A DNA stretch of 64,000 nucleotides from Lingula anatina (GCA_051362555.1 CM120640.1:57080788-57144787), one strand, 5' to 3'. Positions 1 through 14,937 are shown, counted from the first letter of the stretch. Numbers and translations: made by a program. The notes: generated from the letters alone by a model not told the origin.

Positions 1-74
1 GCTGGGGAAGGGGGACACCTCAGACACAGCAAGAGGAAGAAAAGTCCTGATGAGATTATACATTATCATTGAAC

Positions 75-75
<1 letters not shown>

Positions 76-136
<61 letters not shown>

Positions 137-160
137 TTTTTCATTTTTTTTGGGGGGGGG
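76..160. repeat. (TA)n microsatellite followed by poly-T and poly-G runs
   Basis: Directly visible; explains the spurious YIYIY/FFFF ORF 50..235. Confidence 0.95.
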
Positions 161-3100
161 TATATATTCAAGGGACTATTAATTGTATTTTTGTCTTGTT
201 TTTTTTATAAGGTAGCAACATTGCATTGTATTTGAAATAAAGTTACCAAATTCTAAAGTCTGTACAGTTGTATGTGGAAAGAAACCAGTTGTGTAAGTCA
301 CTGCATTGTAGGTTTTTATTTGTGATAGTTGCAAGGAAAGCCAATTCACATCTTTGCAAGCATTGATAAGAAGAATCCTTTTCTCAATAAAGGTATCCTG
401 TACACTTAAGAAAATATCCCCCCAAATAATTTTTCCTGCAAAAATTCTAATTTTTCCCATTTTAGACCTTTCAGAAGATAATACTTTACAAATAAAAGTT
501 TATCTGATATGTACTTGATGTCATTATTTCCTTTTGAGCCTTAGAACTTTGCAAGGGTAAGTGTTGGCATCCTGCAATTTCACAGAAGTAAAATTTTCTA
601 TATATACGTGATAGAAGGCTATGAAAACAGAGAGCATTATCCTGTTATGAAGTGACATGAAGGTCATTTCTGATTCTGCACAGTACATGTCTTGTAATAT
701 GTTTCAAACAAAGGTAGTGGTCTAAATGTAAGAATTATTGGAACTAAATCGCTCAAAAACATCTAATACAAGTGCTGCTACAGGTCAAAATATTCCTGAT
801 GAAAAAATTGAATTTGATTTGGTGCAAAAATCCCAGATAGGATACCTTTAAAATTGAAGAAATTGTTTTAAATAGGTAGTTATTGTTTTAAGTTAATCAA
901 GAGAATATGCTATGTGCTTTTGGACAGTGGTCAAATATTGACTGTGATCTTTGGTAAGTAGAGAAGCAGTCCAGTTTGGAAATGATGTAGTGCCTTAGGA
1001 ACATGTAGGAAGCTTTATCTATTTCACATTTAATGTGAGGAGGAAAGATGACATTGAAATTAATGATAGCCATATAATTATAATAGTTGTATAGCATGTC
1101 TTAAACTTTTTAGTGTGTATAATTTGGAATTATACAGAAATGTTATAAACTTGCCTTGTATATACATGTACAGAAAGCAATGGCAATATTTTTGCTTCTG
1201 TAAAAATATTCTTTTATAAGAATTGTACCTGACAAATTTCAAATGGGGTTGGTTGTGAAAGTTAAAGATTAGAATGTTGTATAAATGAGTGGACTTTATT
1301 TAAACTAAAAGCAAGTTTTTTTGTCTTTTTTAGGAAAAAACCTAAATGCTGAAAATAATTTGTGATAGGAATATGAAAGTGAATGATTGTACATAAACAT
1401 TGCTTGTTAAAAGTACTCTGGCAAGTGTCATCAAGATAATTTTTCAAGCAATTTCTGGGTATAATGAAGAGAGGGATCAGTTTATACATATTCACAATAA
1501 CATTTGACTATTAAATTTCATATTTTGACACGTGTCTTCATGTTATGGATATATGTTTATTTAGTTATGTTGTTTAGGAAAAGAAACATGATCATAAAAT
1601 TTCCTTAACCAATTACTCCAAGTAGTGCATTGCTGTGACCTTTATTTGTCAAGTTATATCATTTTTTGTAGTGCTTTAATTTCCACCCAACTGAATTTTC
1701 CATTGCTGATTTATTAACAAAAAATAAAATGCACTGTAAATATCATAACTGTCTTCACGTTTTTTTCATCAGACAGTCCTTGGCATTTGTGCACACTAAA
1801 GAGGTTCAAAATTCCACAGTAAATACATTGTAAACAATACACAAAATGGCGGTTTTTGTAATTATTCTGAAATTTGTGCTTGCCTTTGGGACACATGGAC
1901 CTTCATAGATAGCTACCCTCCGTTATCTCTGAAGAGATTATTACAAAAAACTTAGCAAACAATTGACAAACTTTGAATGTCTGAACTGATTCATTAAACA
2001 TGGAAAGTATGGGAACATAGGCTTTTACCTCGGAAATACATTTTATGGCACTTTTCCCGCCAGAATGATATGTTATCCCTTTAAGTGTTCTCAATATAAC
2101 TTTCATTTAATATGTTTTACATCAAATGTATATATATATATATATATATATATATCTTTAAGTAATTGAAAAGAAAGTGAAAATCGTAAGGAAACTCACT
2201 TATTCATTAACGCTGTAAAATCTGTTAATTTTTTATTTTTTATAAGCTCAAACATCAAATGAGTTGACATTTGTTTGGAAATACAAGTCAAGTTTAATGT
2301 TCTGTACAGTAAAGTGGGCACATTGAGTACCAAGTTGTGACAAATGTACATTGTTAATATCACTGCAGTTAAACTGTGGGAAGTGCACTTGTGAGTGAGT
2401 CTGGTATTTCCAAAAATCATAAAATATGAACTTGGCAGTTAAATGAAACAACCAGTGCATATCAAACCTTTTTGTAGAAACACAAGGTGTAGCTGTTTTC
2501 CAGAGGATGTGACAGACACAGCTATTGTGAGTCACAACTGAGGCAATCTGCATTTCCGTAGATACTTTTTTTTATTGATTGCTTACATTCATTCAGATAG
2601 TGGTAACCATCAGTAAGAAGCCATGATGACAGAAAGAGAGATACTTCCATCTGTGTGAAAGTAAACAATCTCAAGGGGTTTTACTACTTGACATTTTCCA
2701 AGATCCACATAATCGGGAGAGAATTTCAGTAGAATATCAGGTTCTGAATTGAAGCACTTTGGAAACATTCAAGTTGTTTTGTCTACATGAACATTTGAAT
2801 AGCCACTTAGCTTTAAAAGAGCTTTGATAAAGAACGAGAGAAAAACGGGGGGAAAAAAGGGTCTCAGTCAAAGTTGTCTCTACATCAAATGTAATCTGTA
2901 CAAAACCATGTCTTCAGTATAGGATCAAAGAACTGGCAATGATTAAATAATATTCAAATCTCTCAAACATCTGCACAAATTCTTAAACAAATAAACTTAA
3001 AGAAAATAATATTTGTTGTTCTTGTGAAAAAAGAAAAAGAAAAAAAAAAACACTTTGCCAAAAGAAACTGGTTAAAATGCTATCCTAATAAAAAAGGCAT

Positions 3101-3746
3101 AAAATCTCCAAGATTAATCTAAACATTCTAACCATTAATGCACTCAGATATAATAATCATTTCATAACACTAATCCCCACCTTGCCTTCATTTTAATGTC
3201 TGGTCTCCAGGTGAGGGTACTAGGACTGTTATGTTATACAGGTGTTCTGGATATTTGTGGAAGAGAGACCTTGGATCTGGGAGTAGTGGACTGATGCTGA
3301 TATTACAGCAATTTATAAAATACAGGTAAGAAGTTGTGGTACCCTGACAACTTGTAAATTGTGCAAATTTGGAGAAAAACATCGAAAATTAACAAAATGT
3401 ATATATTCCTACTCTTCCTCTATAGTCTGTGGTGCATGATGTTGTTTTTTCTGCATCTTAAAAAAATTTCAACCTTAAGGAAAACATCCAATTTAACACT
3501 TGTAAAAAAAACTTAAAATATTATTATAAAATGAAGCTGGTTTTGACACAGCTAAATTCAGTGGTTATCTGATAGGTACAGAGGGTTGTGTGTTGGTTGC
3601 AGAAATAAATAGAAATGTATGTAACTTCATAATCACTGAATAATATTGACCCCTCACTCAGTTCTGAAATACATGACAAAGCAGTCCTGTTCCAAGCCAT
3701 CCATAACACTATAACCAAGAAATAACAAGTATTAGTTAGTTTCATA

Positions 3747-4493
3747 TCATTGCTGCATATCATTCTGAGAAAACTGGTCCATCATATCCTCCATGTTTTC
3801 TTCCTGTGGAAAGAACCAGCGGTCCCTGTAGCTGTGCTCTATCATCAGGCTGCTCACTATAGACTTGGTATCATACCCAGAGGAGGAGGACATGTTAGCA
3901 TTGGTCAGCGTCCATCCAGAGTTCTGTAGATGCTCAGCCAGTTTTAACCTAATATTGCTCCCATTTAATTCCAATTCTATGAAATCAGAAGCTTGGCAAT
4001 TCTGTAGTTTTTCAAACTGTCCCTCTGTTGTTGTGAGAGGCAGTGACATAATGAGATCTTTGCGCCCAGAGATGATTGTCTTAACACGAGCATTGTTGGT
4101 GGGCATAGTTGCTGTTGACCCTGTCCTGATCTCCACTACCTCCAAGTAACACCCTGCAGTGCATGTAGCTTGCTGGTGTTTCTTCTTGTAATCATTAACA
4201 GCTTGGATCATAGGCTGAATTTGGTAGAAATCAGCCTCAGCAGCTAGGAGATCCAAATCCTTGAAACCCTCCGGCAAACTTAAACGAGATGATCGCAGAA
4301 AGTTTAAGATGTAGCGAAATATGTCACCATCTCTGTCAATGAAATAATGTCCCTTTTCATCCACTGTGGTTGCCATGGCACCACTGAACATGGCACCCAG
4401 CATGGAATCTGCATAGCGTGTCAGAGTGGATTTTGTGGTAGTGAAGTGAACACCTCCAATATTGAGGTGAACTAGGTCCTCAGACATCCTCAT
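3747..4493 (-). CDS. BTB/POZ (T1-type) domain protein, KCTD6/KCTD21-like, copy 1 (single coding exon)
   Basis: 248-aa ORF with LNIGG..FTT..STL..Y.DSMLGAMFSG..FIDRDG.IFRYILNFLR...EADFYQIQP, the KCTD6/11/21 BTB signature. C-terminal YLEV..GW..RWF motifs. Splice acceptor (tatttctag) just upstream; exon begins about 4514. Confidence 0.93.
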   Translation of the reverse strand: MRMSEDLVHLNIGGVHFTTTKSTLTRYADSMLGAMFSGAMATTVDEKGHYFIDRDGDIFRYILNFLRSSRLSLPEGFKDLDLLAAEADFYQIQPMIQAVNDYKKKHQQATCTAGCYLEVVEIRTGSTATMPTNNARVKTIISGRKDLIMSLPLTTTEGQFEKLQNCQASDFIELELNGSNIRLKLAEHLQNSGWTLTNANMSSSSGYDTKSIVSSLMIEHSYRDRWFFPQEENMEDMMDQFSQNDMQQ

Positions 4494-7400
4494 CTAGGAG
4501 TTTTCAGACAGGACCTAGAAATACAAAATTAATATAGACTAAGGATAACACTATATTAAATATCAGAACACAAAATTGTGGATCCACTTCTTGAAATCTC
4601 TGGCAGGACCTAAAATAACAAAAGCTGGTATAGATGTATTTGAAAAATATTTCCATTTAGTCTTATTTAAAACTTCAAAACATGACCTAAAGGGAATATT
4701 TTCATTGGTCTCATTTAAATGCTACCAACTAATGGACATCTCCAGCAGTTGTCTGGCAGTTCTCCTAAGAAAGACATTGATTATAAATCTCATATGTGTT
4801 TAATTGGAGCTCTTTGGCAGAAATACCGCCAGGAGACGTTCTCAACAGAAATCAATGCACCAAGTTGTTCCTTAACACTTCACTTGAAAACTACAGCACC
4901 ATAAGAGATCAGACATCACATTGTATTCCTCTGTAATAATCCTGCCAAAACCTTTTTAGCAGAACTCTTAAAGAAAAATAATAGAATTTTTACAAATCAA
5001 AAATAAAACAAATGAAATGAAAATAAATAAAAGTAATAAGAATGAATGAAAATTAATTAATACATTGTTAAATAAATAAATGATAAACCTTATCTCTATA
5101 TGTTATCCTTTCATAATCAAGATGTGGCATAGTTTCATGGGCAATATTGACTTTATTTTGAATTGTTAACTTAAAAATACATTACTTTGGCACAAGGCAG
5201 AGCATTATATGCAAAAAAAAAAAAAAAAAAAAAAAAAAATTACTACTAATGTCTAAATCAATCAATTTATACAAGAATCAATACAGCTGTAGGCTAAAAT
5301 GCCAGCTGTTCATTGAAGGTGAGGACTGGGTGGTCTCAAAAAACTTAAAATCAATTTTCTATTAAAGAAAATTGCCTGAAACCTCAATGCTGGAAATTAC
5401 CTCTAATGGATAAACTTTACACTCAGACTTATACCTGTTTATTCTAATGCTCCCTTCCTTCCTGTAACCCTTCACATACCTTCCATGTTAACTTCCACAC
5501 ACCCCTCCTTCCTCTAACACATTGAAAACCACCCAAGTGAACTTCAGCCCACCCCCTCATTCCTTCCTCTAACACATCTAATATCAGCCATGTTAATTAC
5601 TACTCACTCACTCCATCTCACATATCACATTGAATCCATCCACCCTACTACTAATTCCATTCACAAAAAATATTTGTTGTTACTTCCATACCATTTTCTC
5701 TCTCTATCATACACTAAAATGTTTTTTTCAAATTTAATTCTTTCCTTCTGACTTTTCATTTTCAAATAAAAGGCAATTCCTGTTCCTTCCCATTACACAA
5801 TAAAACCCAAACAATGGTTTCAATTCTTTCCCCTTCAATACATGTAAGTTCATTTTAAGCAACTCCCCCTACCCACACATGGGCAAGATGAAATTCCTCC
5901 TTTTTGTTTTCATCTTAAAGTCCTCCTTCCTAAGGAACATCTAGTCATTAAACTTGTTCATTCTTATTCCCTCTCAGCTTGCTTTCAACCCACAGACAGT
6001 TTCAATTATCTCTGACTCTACCTCTGATAAGTTTTTTAAGAACAGGAAATTCTTGGCAACTTGATATCACATTAATGATGCAATTCCTTAGAAATAAACA
6101 GAAATAAAAAGCAGGGATTATCAAGTAAAAAGCCAGTACTTCTTCCTATTGATGTCTCAACTTCAGTCACATTTTGTTTGGGTTGCTTGAAATAGAAATT
6201 CCCGTGCAAACATGCCCATTGAATTATGAGGGTCAAGCAAACCATGAAGCAGCCACCCTTGAATGCTTGGTATTGATACATTATGGGATATGCATATTAG
6301 TAAGACAACAAAGCACCTACATTGCTTCCGACTATTTGACAATTTTATTGTCTAACAACAATGAGGAGTTTTCTCAGCTGAACTAGATTTCATTCACTTT
6401 ATCTATTGATCACCTCCTCTTAATTCAGATTAATAATAATGGTGAACAAATACGTCCTATGTAGGAACCAAATTTGAGATCAATAGCCAGATGATGTTTC
6501 CCTTTAAACTGCACAAAGACTGAATAATGTTGCCATTTCAGTTGACTGAGAATTTTTTTAAAATATCAATATTTTTAACAACTTCCATGTTAAAACCGTG
6601 CAGATTATCTATAAACTACCCATTCTACATATCATACATGCCAAATATAACATAGCAAAACTGTTGTGTTTCTACAGACATTTGGGGACAAACTAGAAAG
6701 TGTCATCACTGGGTGCAGATACTCAGATCATTTTGGGGAGTAAACAGATCTGTAAAAATTACTAACCACATGCAAAACACAATTACTAACCACATGCAAA
6801 ATACAGGTAGCTTGTCTCTCATCTCTTGTTCATTCATGGATTAAGACTTCATGCATTGTTGATAGGGCAACAGCCTCTATCAACATGCAAAAGCTGTCAA
6901 GGTTTAAATAATCAATCCTATTTACATTTAACTTTTTTTTTACCAACCATCACTTAATAATAGGAATTTCAACAGATTCATGCAACCTTGTTTAAATCAA
7001 GATCCAGGATTCCTATCATACTTCTCAAATTTTATGAATAAGAAGTAAGCATACATGTCAATGTTAACAAATGCTATACCAGTACTTCAAATAAGAATTG
7101 GTTAAAGAGAGAAGTCCAATTAAGACATGATTTTACTTTGAAACAAAGTCTTTATGTTCCTGGTCTTAATTTTGTAGTTAAAAAGTAAATAGTTTACACT
7201 CTGAAGGGCAGTTTGAGGTTTATTATTAGAAACCCATGCCACTTTGTTTAGAATCTGCTTAAACACCTAGGAGTGGACCTGGGTAACACAACTTCAAAGT
7301 GATTTTTCACTTTGATAGAGATGTACCCGTTTTATGCAGGAAGTGTCAAAATAGTGTTGGAGTTCTGTAAATTGCTCTGTGAACATGACTCCTGCTCTCC

Positions 7401-8938
7401 TTGAGCGACAATTTGAAAGGTGCAAACTGACAACTTTACATAAACTTCTACATTTAACTAAAAACTACTGAGAACAGGGCATTAAAAATAAAAAAATAGA
7501 CCTGTTTTACATGGGGAAGTTGAAAATTCTGCTTTCACCGTCACATTAAAACTGCTTGAGGACACCTCTTAAAATGTCAATATACTTTTGTATCCGCTAA
7601 AAATGTTAAATGTGGCAAATGTTAAGTCTAGGTTCCCCACTAGAGACTAATAGCTGTGTGATTCACAAAAGGAATAGTAATAAAAAGTAGTAGGAAAAAA
7701 AATCAGAAGCTCTCTTTTTTGCACATAAAGTAAAGTTTTGTTTTCTTGGAGCTCAATGCGGAAACATGCAAAGTTAATTTCCGTTTATGGTACAATCAAT
7801 TTACTTCATTATGATTTAGGATCTAAGAGAATTTGTTTTAAAGTTCAAGTGCTATGGGCTAAGAAATGTGTAATGCAAGAAGAAAACCCATGATAAATGT
7901 ATCATGGACTTAATACCTTCAAACTAGTAGGTTTACGTTGACATCCTGCTGGTTTTACCTGCAAGGTTATTGGGTGGTTATTGGGTGGTTGTTTTCCTTT
8001 ATGGTTCACTTTCACAGAAGAACAAAACAGCAAATGAAAATTGACTCAACCCTCAAGATCTAGCATTTGTTAAAAGCCTTTAAGGCCTGTTCAGTAATAA
8101 TTTCACTTAAAGAGAACACTTTTGGTTTATATTTATGTATATTTACAGACAGGAACCCAAATTCTCTGCCTTTCATGCAAAGGAAGCCTCTAGCCCCCAA
8201 GCCCTTCACAAAATATTTCTAAAATAATAGTTGCAATCTTAAATGAACCCAAGAAATCACATCACTCAATCTGAAAATATATTAGATACACTACTTGAGC
8301 TACATTCCTTTGAGAAAAAAGAAATCAAGAATATTTTCTTCCAGTTTTCCCCCTTTCACCACCAGGAGATTTCAGACTATAAATTTGCTAGTTCTGACTG
8401 ACTGGAAATACAAGTACACCTAATCATAGAGAAAACTAAATCCTGAGCTTGACTAATAGTTTTTTCTCAGCATGCCCTAATATGTTCCAATTAACCAATA
8501 TAGGAGGAAAAACAGATATGGTATGAAGTGTGCTGCACTAAGTCTTCATAAAGACCCATGCTTTAACTATAACCCAGCCTCATTTGAGACAATTTATATG
8601 CTCTTCTTCAATATACATTCTACCTTCCAACTTACTGTAGGCTGCATTAGTAAATTTTCTTCTCAAAACATTTAAATAATAACATTTAAAAATAATAAAA
8701 TTAAAAATAGGAATAGTAAATAATAATTCAAAACAGAATTATCAATGAAGAAAATATGTAAACTGGCCAATGGTGATCATCAAAGCAGACTCGTCAAGTG
8801 TTTAAAGATCTATATTTCTTTTCTTAAAACCTACAGCCAAGCTTTATTTTGGGTAAATAAATCCATCTTTCTCCTGCACTTAAATATACAAAAAAACACA
8901 ATAGCTTCTGGCACAATTTGTAAAAGAACAGAAGATGT

Positions 8939-8940
<2 letters not shown>

Positions 8941-8981
<41 letters not shown>
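8941..8981. repeat. (GA)n microsatellite
   Basis: Directly visible. Confidence 0.95.
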
Positions 8982-8984
<3 letters not shown>

Positions 8985-9579
8985 TATTTATTTTCAGTAA
9001 ACCCACCCAGGCTACCAGCACCACGCCTGCATAAACCAGCTTAGTAAAAGGGCAGTACATTGGCAATATTTCACAGCACTTCCCAGAAAGATGGAGATTC
9101 AGGTGTTTAAACAACTGTATTTCATCAGATTTTCCAAATGGTTCAAGATCTAAGATTGTTGATTATACAGTTTTTCTTTATCTGTCAACAGGAGATCTTT
9201 TCATGCCTTGTGGTAATTGTAATTTATTGAAATGTCTCTAAAGGAAGCACTTCTGAATATTTCTGACAAAAACATTGAACTTTTAAACAATTAAATGCCA
9301 AAAATTTCTTCCATCTAATTTCTCCATAGAATGACCCATATAAGAGTTAAATCTCTGTGAGGTTAAGCTGTTTGTGAAAGTCATTTCTTTCCGTTTCATG
9401 TATGCAAGCCACTTCACAGTAGAGGAAACAAAAAGTCCTTCTGGATGAGGAATGTTATTTTATCACAGTTCTTCAAATATCCTTTCACACCAATAATGAT
9501 AATGGAATAATAATAATGGATGTAACATATTAAATTCTATATACTGAATCAATAAAAAAGTATAAATGCTGAGATATTT

Positions 9580-10203
9580 CTATTCCGGCAAATACCATTT
9601 TTCACAAATAGAATATTTATCCCTGTGAACACAGACTAATGTCCAGCCAGATTTCTGAAGTATTGCCCCATATAAAAGTCTCATAGTAGGTGTAAATCCC
9701 CATCGCGATTCATTGTTATGTTTCCGTAGTCCAGTTGGCAAGATATCTGGTCGATCCCCAGAGGAAGGACCCTGGGGACCCAACAGGGTCACCCTATTTG
9801 TCTGAGAATTCTCCTTGATTTCTAGGAAGTAACCTCCTCCCTGATTGGTCTGTCTGTTGCGTAGAATATCTAAAAGGGGCTGAATCTGGTAAAAGTCTGC
9901 CTCTCTTTGAAGCTGCTTATGTTCTTTAAAATCTTCTGGCAGATCCAATTGTCCTGAACGTAAAAAATTCAAAATATGTCTGAACATGCTGCCATCCCTG
10001 TCGATGAAATAGTTTCCACGGTCATCGTGTGCCGTTGGCATATTCCCACTAAACATGGCCCCCAGCATGGACTCTGGATATTTTGTTAAAGTTGCGATAG
10101 TGGTCGTATATATCACCCCGCCCACGTTGAGGTTGACAATCTCGTACCCTGACATGGTAGTGGGCACATACACCTTGAATGAACTGTTCCTGTAGGACTG
10201 CAT
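9580..10203 (-). CDS. BTB/POZ domain protein, KCTD21/KCTD6-like, copy 2 (single coding exon; start may be the ATG at 10155)
   Basis: LNVGGVIYTTTIATLTKYPESMLGAMFSGNMPT..D.RGNYFIDRDG.MFRHILNFLRSGQLDLPEDF...EADFYQIQPL. Acceptor tatttccag with exon start about 10231; candidate upstream donor near 10809. Confidence 0.92.
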   Translation of the reverse strand: MQSYRNSSFKVYVPTTMSGYEIVNLNVGGVIYTTTIATLTKYPESMLGAMFSGNMPTAHDDRGNYFIDRDGSMFRHILNFLRSGQLDLPEDFKEHKQLQREADFYQIQPLLDILRNRQTNQGGGYFLEIKENSQTNRVTLLGPQGPSSGDRPDILPTGLRKHNNESRWGFTPTMRLLYGAILQKSGWTLVCVHRDKYSICEKWYLPE

Positions 10204-13200
10204 ATAGGCCAGTGAGTGGAGGCAGAGTTAACTGGAAATACAGACAAACCAGATGCTGTGAAGCCCATGTTTTAATGTGATTACCAATGATGGAGAAAGA
10301 CCGTGTCAAACTTATTTACATGCTGCAGGCATAATCAGCATAATATCACTGAGCCCTCAGATGCCTTTTAGCAGTTGAACAAAATACTTTTGAGCTAAGA
10401 GAATTCACTTCAAATTAACTTTCATGTGTGTCATTATCTGATGTGATGGATTCTGACAATTGAGTATTTACGTCAAATTTTGAAGACTGGCAACAGATGG
10501 TAACCTTAAGTAAATTAAGCAACTATCTCTTTCATACTCTTAGGTATGCAAATACAGGGAAGTAGGCTTCTTAAAGGCTCCCCTACACCAGTTGAGAAGG
10601 TTTTTGCCACGATGATGTATACAACTGGTTGTCCATGTATTCCTGTCCAACAGACAAGTTTTCTCAAACTCATTTCAGGTAAATTAAACAAAAAAACTTC
10701 ATCTACAATTAAAATAACTGATTGAATATCAGAAAAAAGCAACAGTAGATTTCAGGGACATGTTGACAAATGTTGTGAGAGTTTCTGAATGAATTAAGTA
10801 AATACTTACCTTGATGAAGTAATATATCTGTGCTTGCACTCTCCCTGTGAATAACTCTCTTGATCCAATTGGACAAACTGGATAATTCCATTAATGAATC
10901 CAGCACCAAACCATGGGTCAATACAAAGGACAATCAGGCCCTGAACACCTTGAGGCCAGTGAAAAGAAAGTTCATCTGAGAGATGCTGCAGGCGGTATAG
11001 TACTGAGATAGTTGAATAATGAGAAGTAAGTGGTTGAGTGAGAGAGTGTGTCACGGTGTGTGTGCTCTCTTTTCCCTCTCTCACTTAGCTCTGGCAATGA
11101 GTGTGCTCAGCAGGCAGCCTATCAAATGACAACTCTATCCTAGATTGTCAATAAATGACTGGCCTTTGCTTTAAACATTCATTATGCCAGCTTACACTTT
11201 GCTTGGGATCTGGTCCAACATCTACTGACATAAAACCAAGCCACTTTTGACTGCCCAAAACACAAGTAATCAATAAATATTGGATTTGCAAAGAGGAACG
11301 TGTTGGTCGAAATGATACCCTTTCCCCTACATTGATGTGTGCTCCAATCAATCTATTAGATGCCGTAACGTGTTTGACAAATGTTCACTCAGTGTTGATT
11401 CAGCTAAAGCCACATGGCTGTTTAACTAATTGAATCCAGAAAACATTTTAAAGGACATGAGAGTAATTGTCCAGGAAGTTTAGGCCACATCACACATATT
11501 TGGCTTGTCCTTTGTGCAGCAGGCCAGCCCCCACTTCTATTTGCATACAATATTATTCTGCTTATGTTGTTAATACACCTAAAGGGGAATCGGTTCTAAT
11601 AACCTGTGCTCACATAACAGAATATCAATTATAGCTGGAAAAATATTTGCCACGCGTCAATGATGTGAAATGCATTCACATATTAGAGTACCAGCACTAT
11701 ATTCAGAAATTCTGTTGAAAGACGCATTTCAATTTCCTTTTTAACTTCATCTCACGCTTCAAATAAAAGACGGAGCCTTAATTACCTCATCTCATCTAAT
11801 GTCACGCATGATTAAGTATCTGGTGTCAAGAGTGGAAACTGTTACCATATACTTCATCTAACATTATACATAATTAACTTACCTCTGAATGGGATAGCAT
11901 TATATAACCTTGCTGACAAATGAACGGTGCTTAGAACTGAGCACAAAGCAAATGATCAATGCTAAGCCAAGTATTACATTACCAAGAGCTAATCAGTCTC
12001 ATTTGCATGGGGTTGGTATTTCCTACAATTTTCTCACTTTTGTCTAAAAAATGCACATATTTTGTTAATAATCCATCTATGTGAACAGTGCTGATAACTT
12101 AAGACAATTTTAATGCTGAGCTTTAACTACATACATTGAAGCAAAAAGACCGAACCAAAACACAAACAAGTATGCCAAGTTTTTATGTGACAACAAATTA
12201 TTTTCAATTATGAAAATATCATGAGGTAAGAACATTTTATCAAGGAACTAAGGAAACTTTAATATCACATTTAAAGTTGGAAATATTATTTTCCAAGTTG
12301 TCAGTCAGGGTTTTCAGTAGACATTCTAACTTTCTTAAAAGAACACACATAATAACACACAAAAGATAAATTTTACTATTTGATCTGTTCAGTTGAGCAT
12401 AAAAGGGAATTTATATGGGTCTTCAGTCAAACAAACAGTTAGGCAATAGTTCTGTTTATCTCTCCCCAGGTGTTATAATTAGTTTGCAGAAGTGAAAGCA
12501 TTGCAGAACATATGTGTGGATTAGGAAATGATTAGGTCTATGCAATGCTAGTTACTTCTCACAGTATGGCATGTAAACATGCCCCTGAACGCTGCTTCAA
12601 TAAAAAGTATTTTAACTCCTTTTCCTGATTTCTTTTTCAATTGCATAACATATACCCTTCTACCCAGATAACACAGATTCTTTCCTCTCAATTTGCAACA
12701 TCCTTGACAATTTTTTTTTTATATTTATGATAACGGATTGATCTGCTTTGTAATCCATTGTGGTAGCTGTACACAACACTTTTAATATTACACTTCAAAT
12801 AACTCCTAAAAAAAAGTGACAGAAAGCATATACGCATCATATGTACAATACTCTTTTACAATCATTAGCAAATCCTTCATTTAAACTGTTTGATTAAATT
12901 ATATATTAATTCTCAAGATTAACCCCCCAAAATATATATCCATAAGAATTTACATGTATGTGTATACACGCATAATCATTATCACGGACATCAGAAATAA
13001 TCCATGGATGTGTTCTAGATCAAATATTAATTGTTGGTATAAGTATATTTCAAAGTAAAAAATAAACAAATGAAAATGGCAATAATATTGTGGGGAATAT
13101 TCCTCATTTACTCATATTATAGAGATTTTAACTGCTTGAAAAAGAATCAGTTTTTCTGTATTCTACTCAATGTCATTTAGTTAAGCTGATTGCACTCAGT

Positions 13201-13233
13201 GAGAGTCCAAACAGAGTAGGATCTGTGACTGGG

Positions 13234-13459
13234 TTCCCATGCCTAGATCAATCCATCTGGATTGGTCTAACTCCCTGGGGAGTCTCTCTAAATTGCTATC
13301 AGCTTAACCGGCTTAAATGTCTTTCACACCTACCAAATCAGCTAGGGTGTATAGATAATTACCCCCTAACAACTTTACTAGGCATGACAGACATTTAAGC
13401 CTGTTAGGTTGATAGCATTTTAGTGAGACTCCCCAGGGAGATAGATTGATCTGTGGGAA
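13234..13459. mobile_element. Palindromic MITE/foldback element
   Basis: Arm 13271-13320 (ctccctggggagtctc...ggcttaaatgtc) is nearly the reverse complement of 13391-13440. A related copy lies in the opposite orientation at about 36733-36930. Confidence 0.75.
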
Positions 13460-13682
13460 TGGTCCCTATGTAGACTGATGGTGTCTAGAAGAATAAACCC
13501 TATGTGTCACTCTAAGACTGGCATCTTTTTGAAAATCCCTTCATAGAACTTCACAAAACGACTTCCTTGGTATTTAGGTCTCCATCAAGTGAAGTGTTTT
13601 GGTGTTATTGTCAGGTGATATTTCAATTTATCAGTATCAACTTCAAATTTTTACTTAAACTTTTACAACAACAACAATACAT

Positions 13683-14337
13683 AACAAGGCAGCAAAGCTG
13701 TCAAATGTACAGACAAAAAGCAGAAAATAATGATGCACAAAATACATTAAGGATAAAAATTCACAAAAAAAAAAAAAATAAATAAAAATAAATAAATAAT
13801 AATAATAAATTAATCAAGCTAATTTTTGAACTTGATCTATATCTCAAACCTTTGAATCAGTCCTGCAAGTTTCAAAGCAAAATATAACATGGTTTTCATT
13901 TTATTTTCATAATGCTGGATAAAATATGCTGAAAAACAAAACAAAACAAAACAAACAAACAAACAAACAAACAAAACAAAACAAAACAAAACAAAACAAA
14001 AACAGGATAACGTTTGGAAAAATGGTCTGATCAGGCTGATTTTCGAACTTGATCAGTTCTCTAGTTTGAAGACCAAAGATAAAACAGTTTTTATTTTATT
14101 TGTATAATAGTGGATAAAATAAGCTGAAAAAAAAACCTTTCTAATGGAAAAATGGTTCAATCAGACTGATTTTTGAACTTGACCTGTACCTAATGAATGT
14201 TCTCCAAGTTTGAAGACAAAAGGTAAAAGAGTTTGCATTTTACTTGTATAACACTGAAAGTGCACGGTGATGCCGATGCTGACAACAGACATAGGCAACA
14301 GCAATATGTACAGACACATCCATGTGTGTGCGTGCAT
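13683..14337 (-). mobile_element. Non-autonomous Helentron/HINE-like element, family A
   Basis: Carries the family A 3' end (tgtctgtacat + gacagctttgctgcc hairpin + ttgtt) and 5' end (gatgtgtctgtacat) on the minus strand, with degenerate internal repeat units and an (AAAC)n tract. Confidence 0.75.
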
Positions 14338-14666
14338 GTGTGTGTGTGTGTGTGTGTGTAAAGAACATTGATGGAGAATAAGTCTATGAACCACAACACT
14401 TACTTGTTGTTTAATTAATGGTATCTTTATTACTGTCATTTCTTAAATATTGACAAATTCTATATGCTGTAAATCAATTTCATGAAATATTTCTCATACA
14501 TTTCACATCATCATACCCATGGAGATTTAAATGCTGAATTACTAGTCAACTAACACTTTCAGGTAAATATTTTTCATTCGCATGATAAAAATAGTGTAAC
14601 ACTTGCTATCATGCGGGCACATTTCGAGCATCAAATCCCAAAGAGCTGATTGTCTTGGTGAGTATA

Positions 14667-14884
14667 TACACTGAGCAAAAAAATAAATGCCCCATGCAAT
14701 ATTTTTAATTTTTTATCAGCATTATGGGTTATATATAAATATATATATTAAATCATACAAAATGAATTTTGTTGTTCAATGTGCTACATATTACTGCCCA
14801 TACTGTCTGTAACTAGATTACTATCTGTAGCCTATTACATGTTACATAAATAATTCACATGGGGCGTAACTTATCTTTTTGTTC

Positions 14885-14890
<6 letters not shown>
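14667..14890. mobile_element. Tc1/mariner-like MITE
   Basis: Imperfect TIRs tacactgagcaaaaaaataaatgccccatg / catggggcgtaacttatctttttgttcagtaca; TA-CACTG start typical of Tc1. Confidence 0.55.

Positions 14891-14934
<44 letters not shown>
14889..14934. repeat. (CA)n microsatellite
   Basis: Directly visible. Confidence 0.95.

Positions 14935-14937
<3 letters not shown>

Noticed and set aside
1-72. Purine-rich start of the window could be the last coding exon of an upstream gene (e.g. WGRGTPQTQQEEEKS-stop-stop)
   Set aside because: Too short to assign a frame or product without upstream sequence.
1600-2085. gttatccctttaa near 2072-2084 matches the right end of the Kolobok-like MITE
   Set aside because: No matching left terminus found; at most a fragment.
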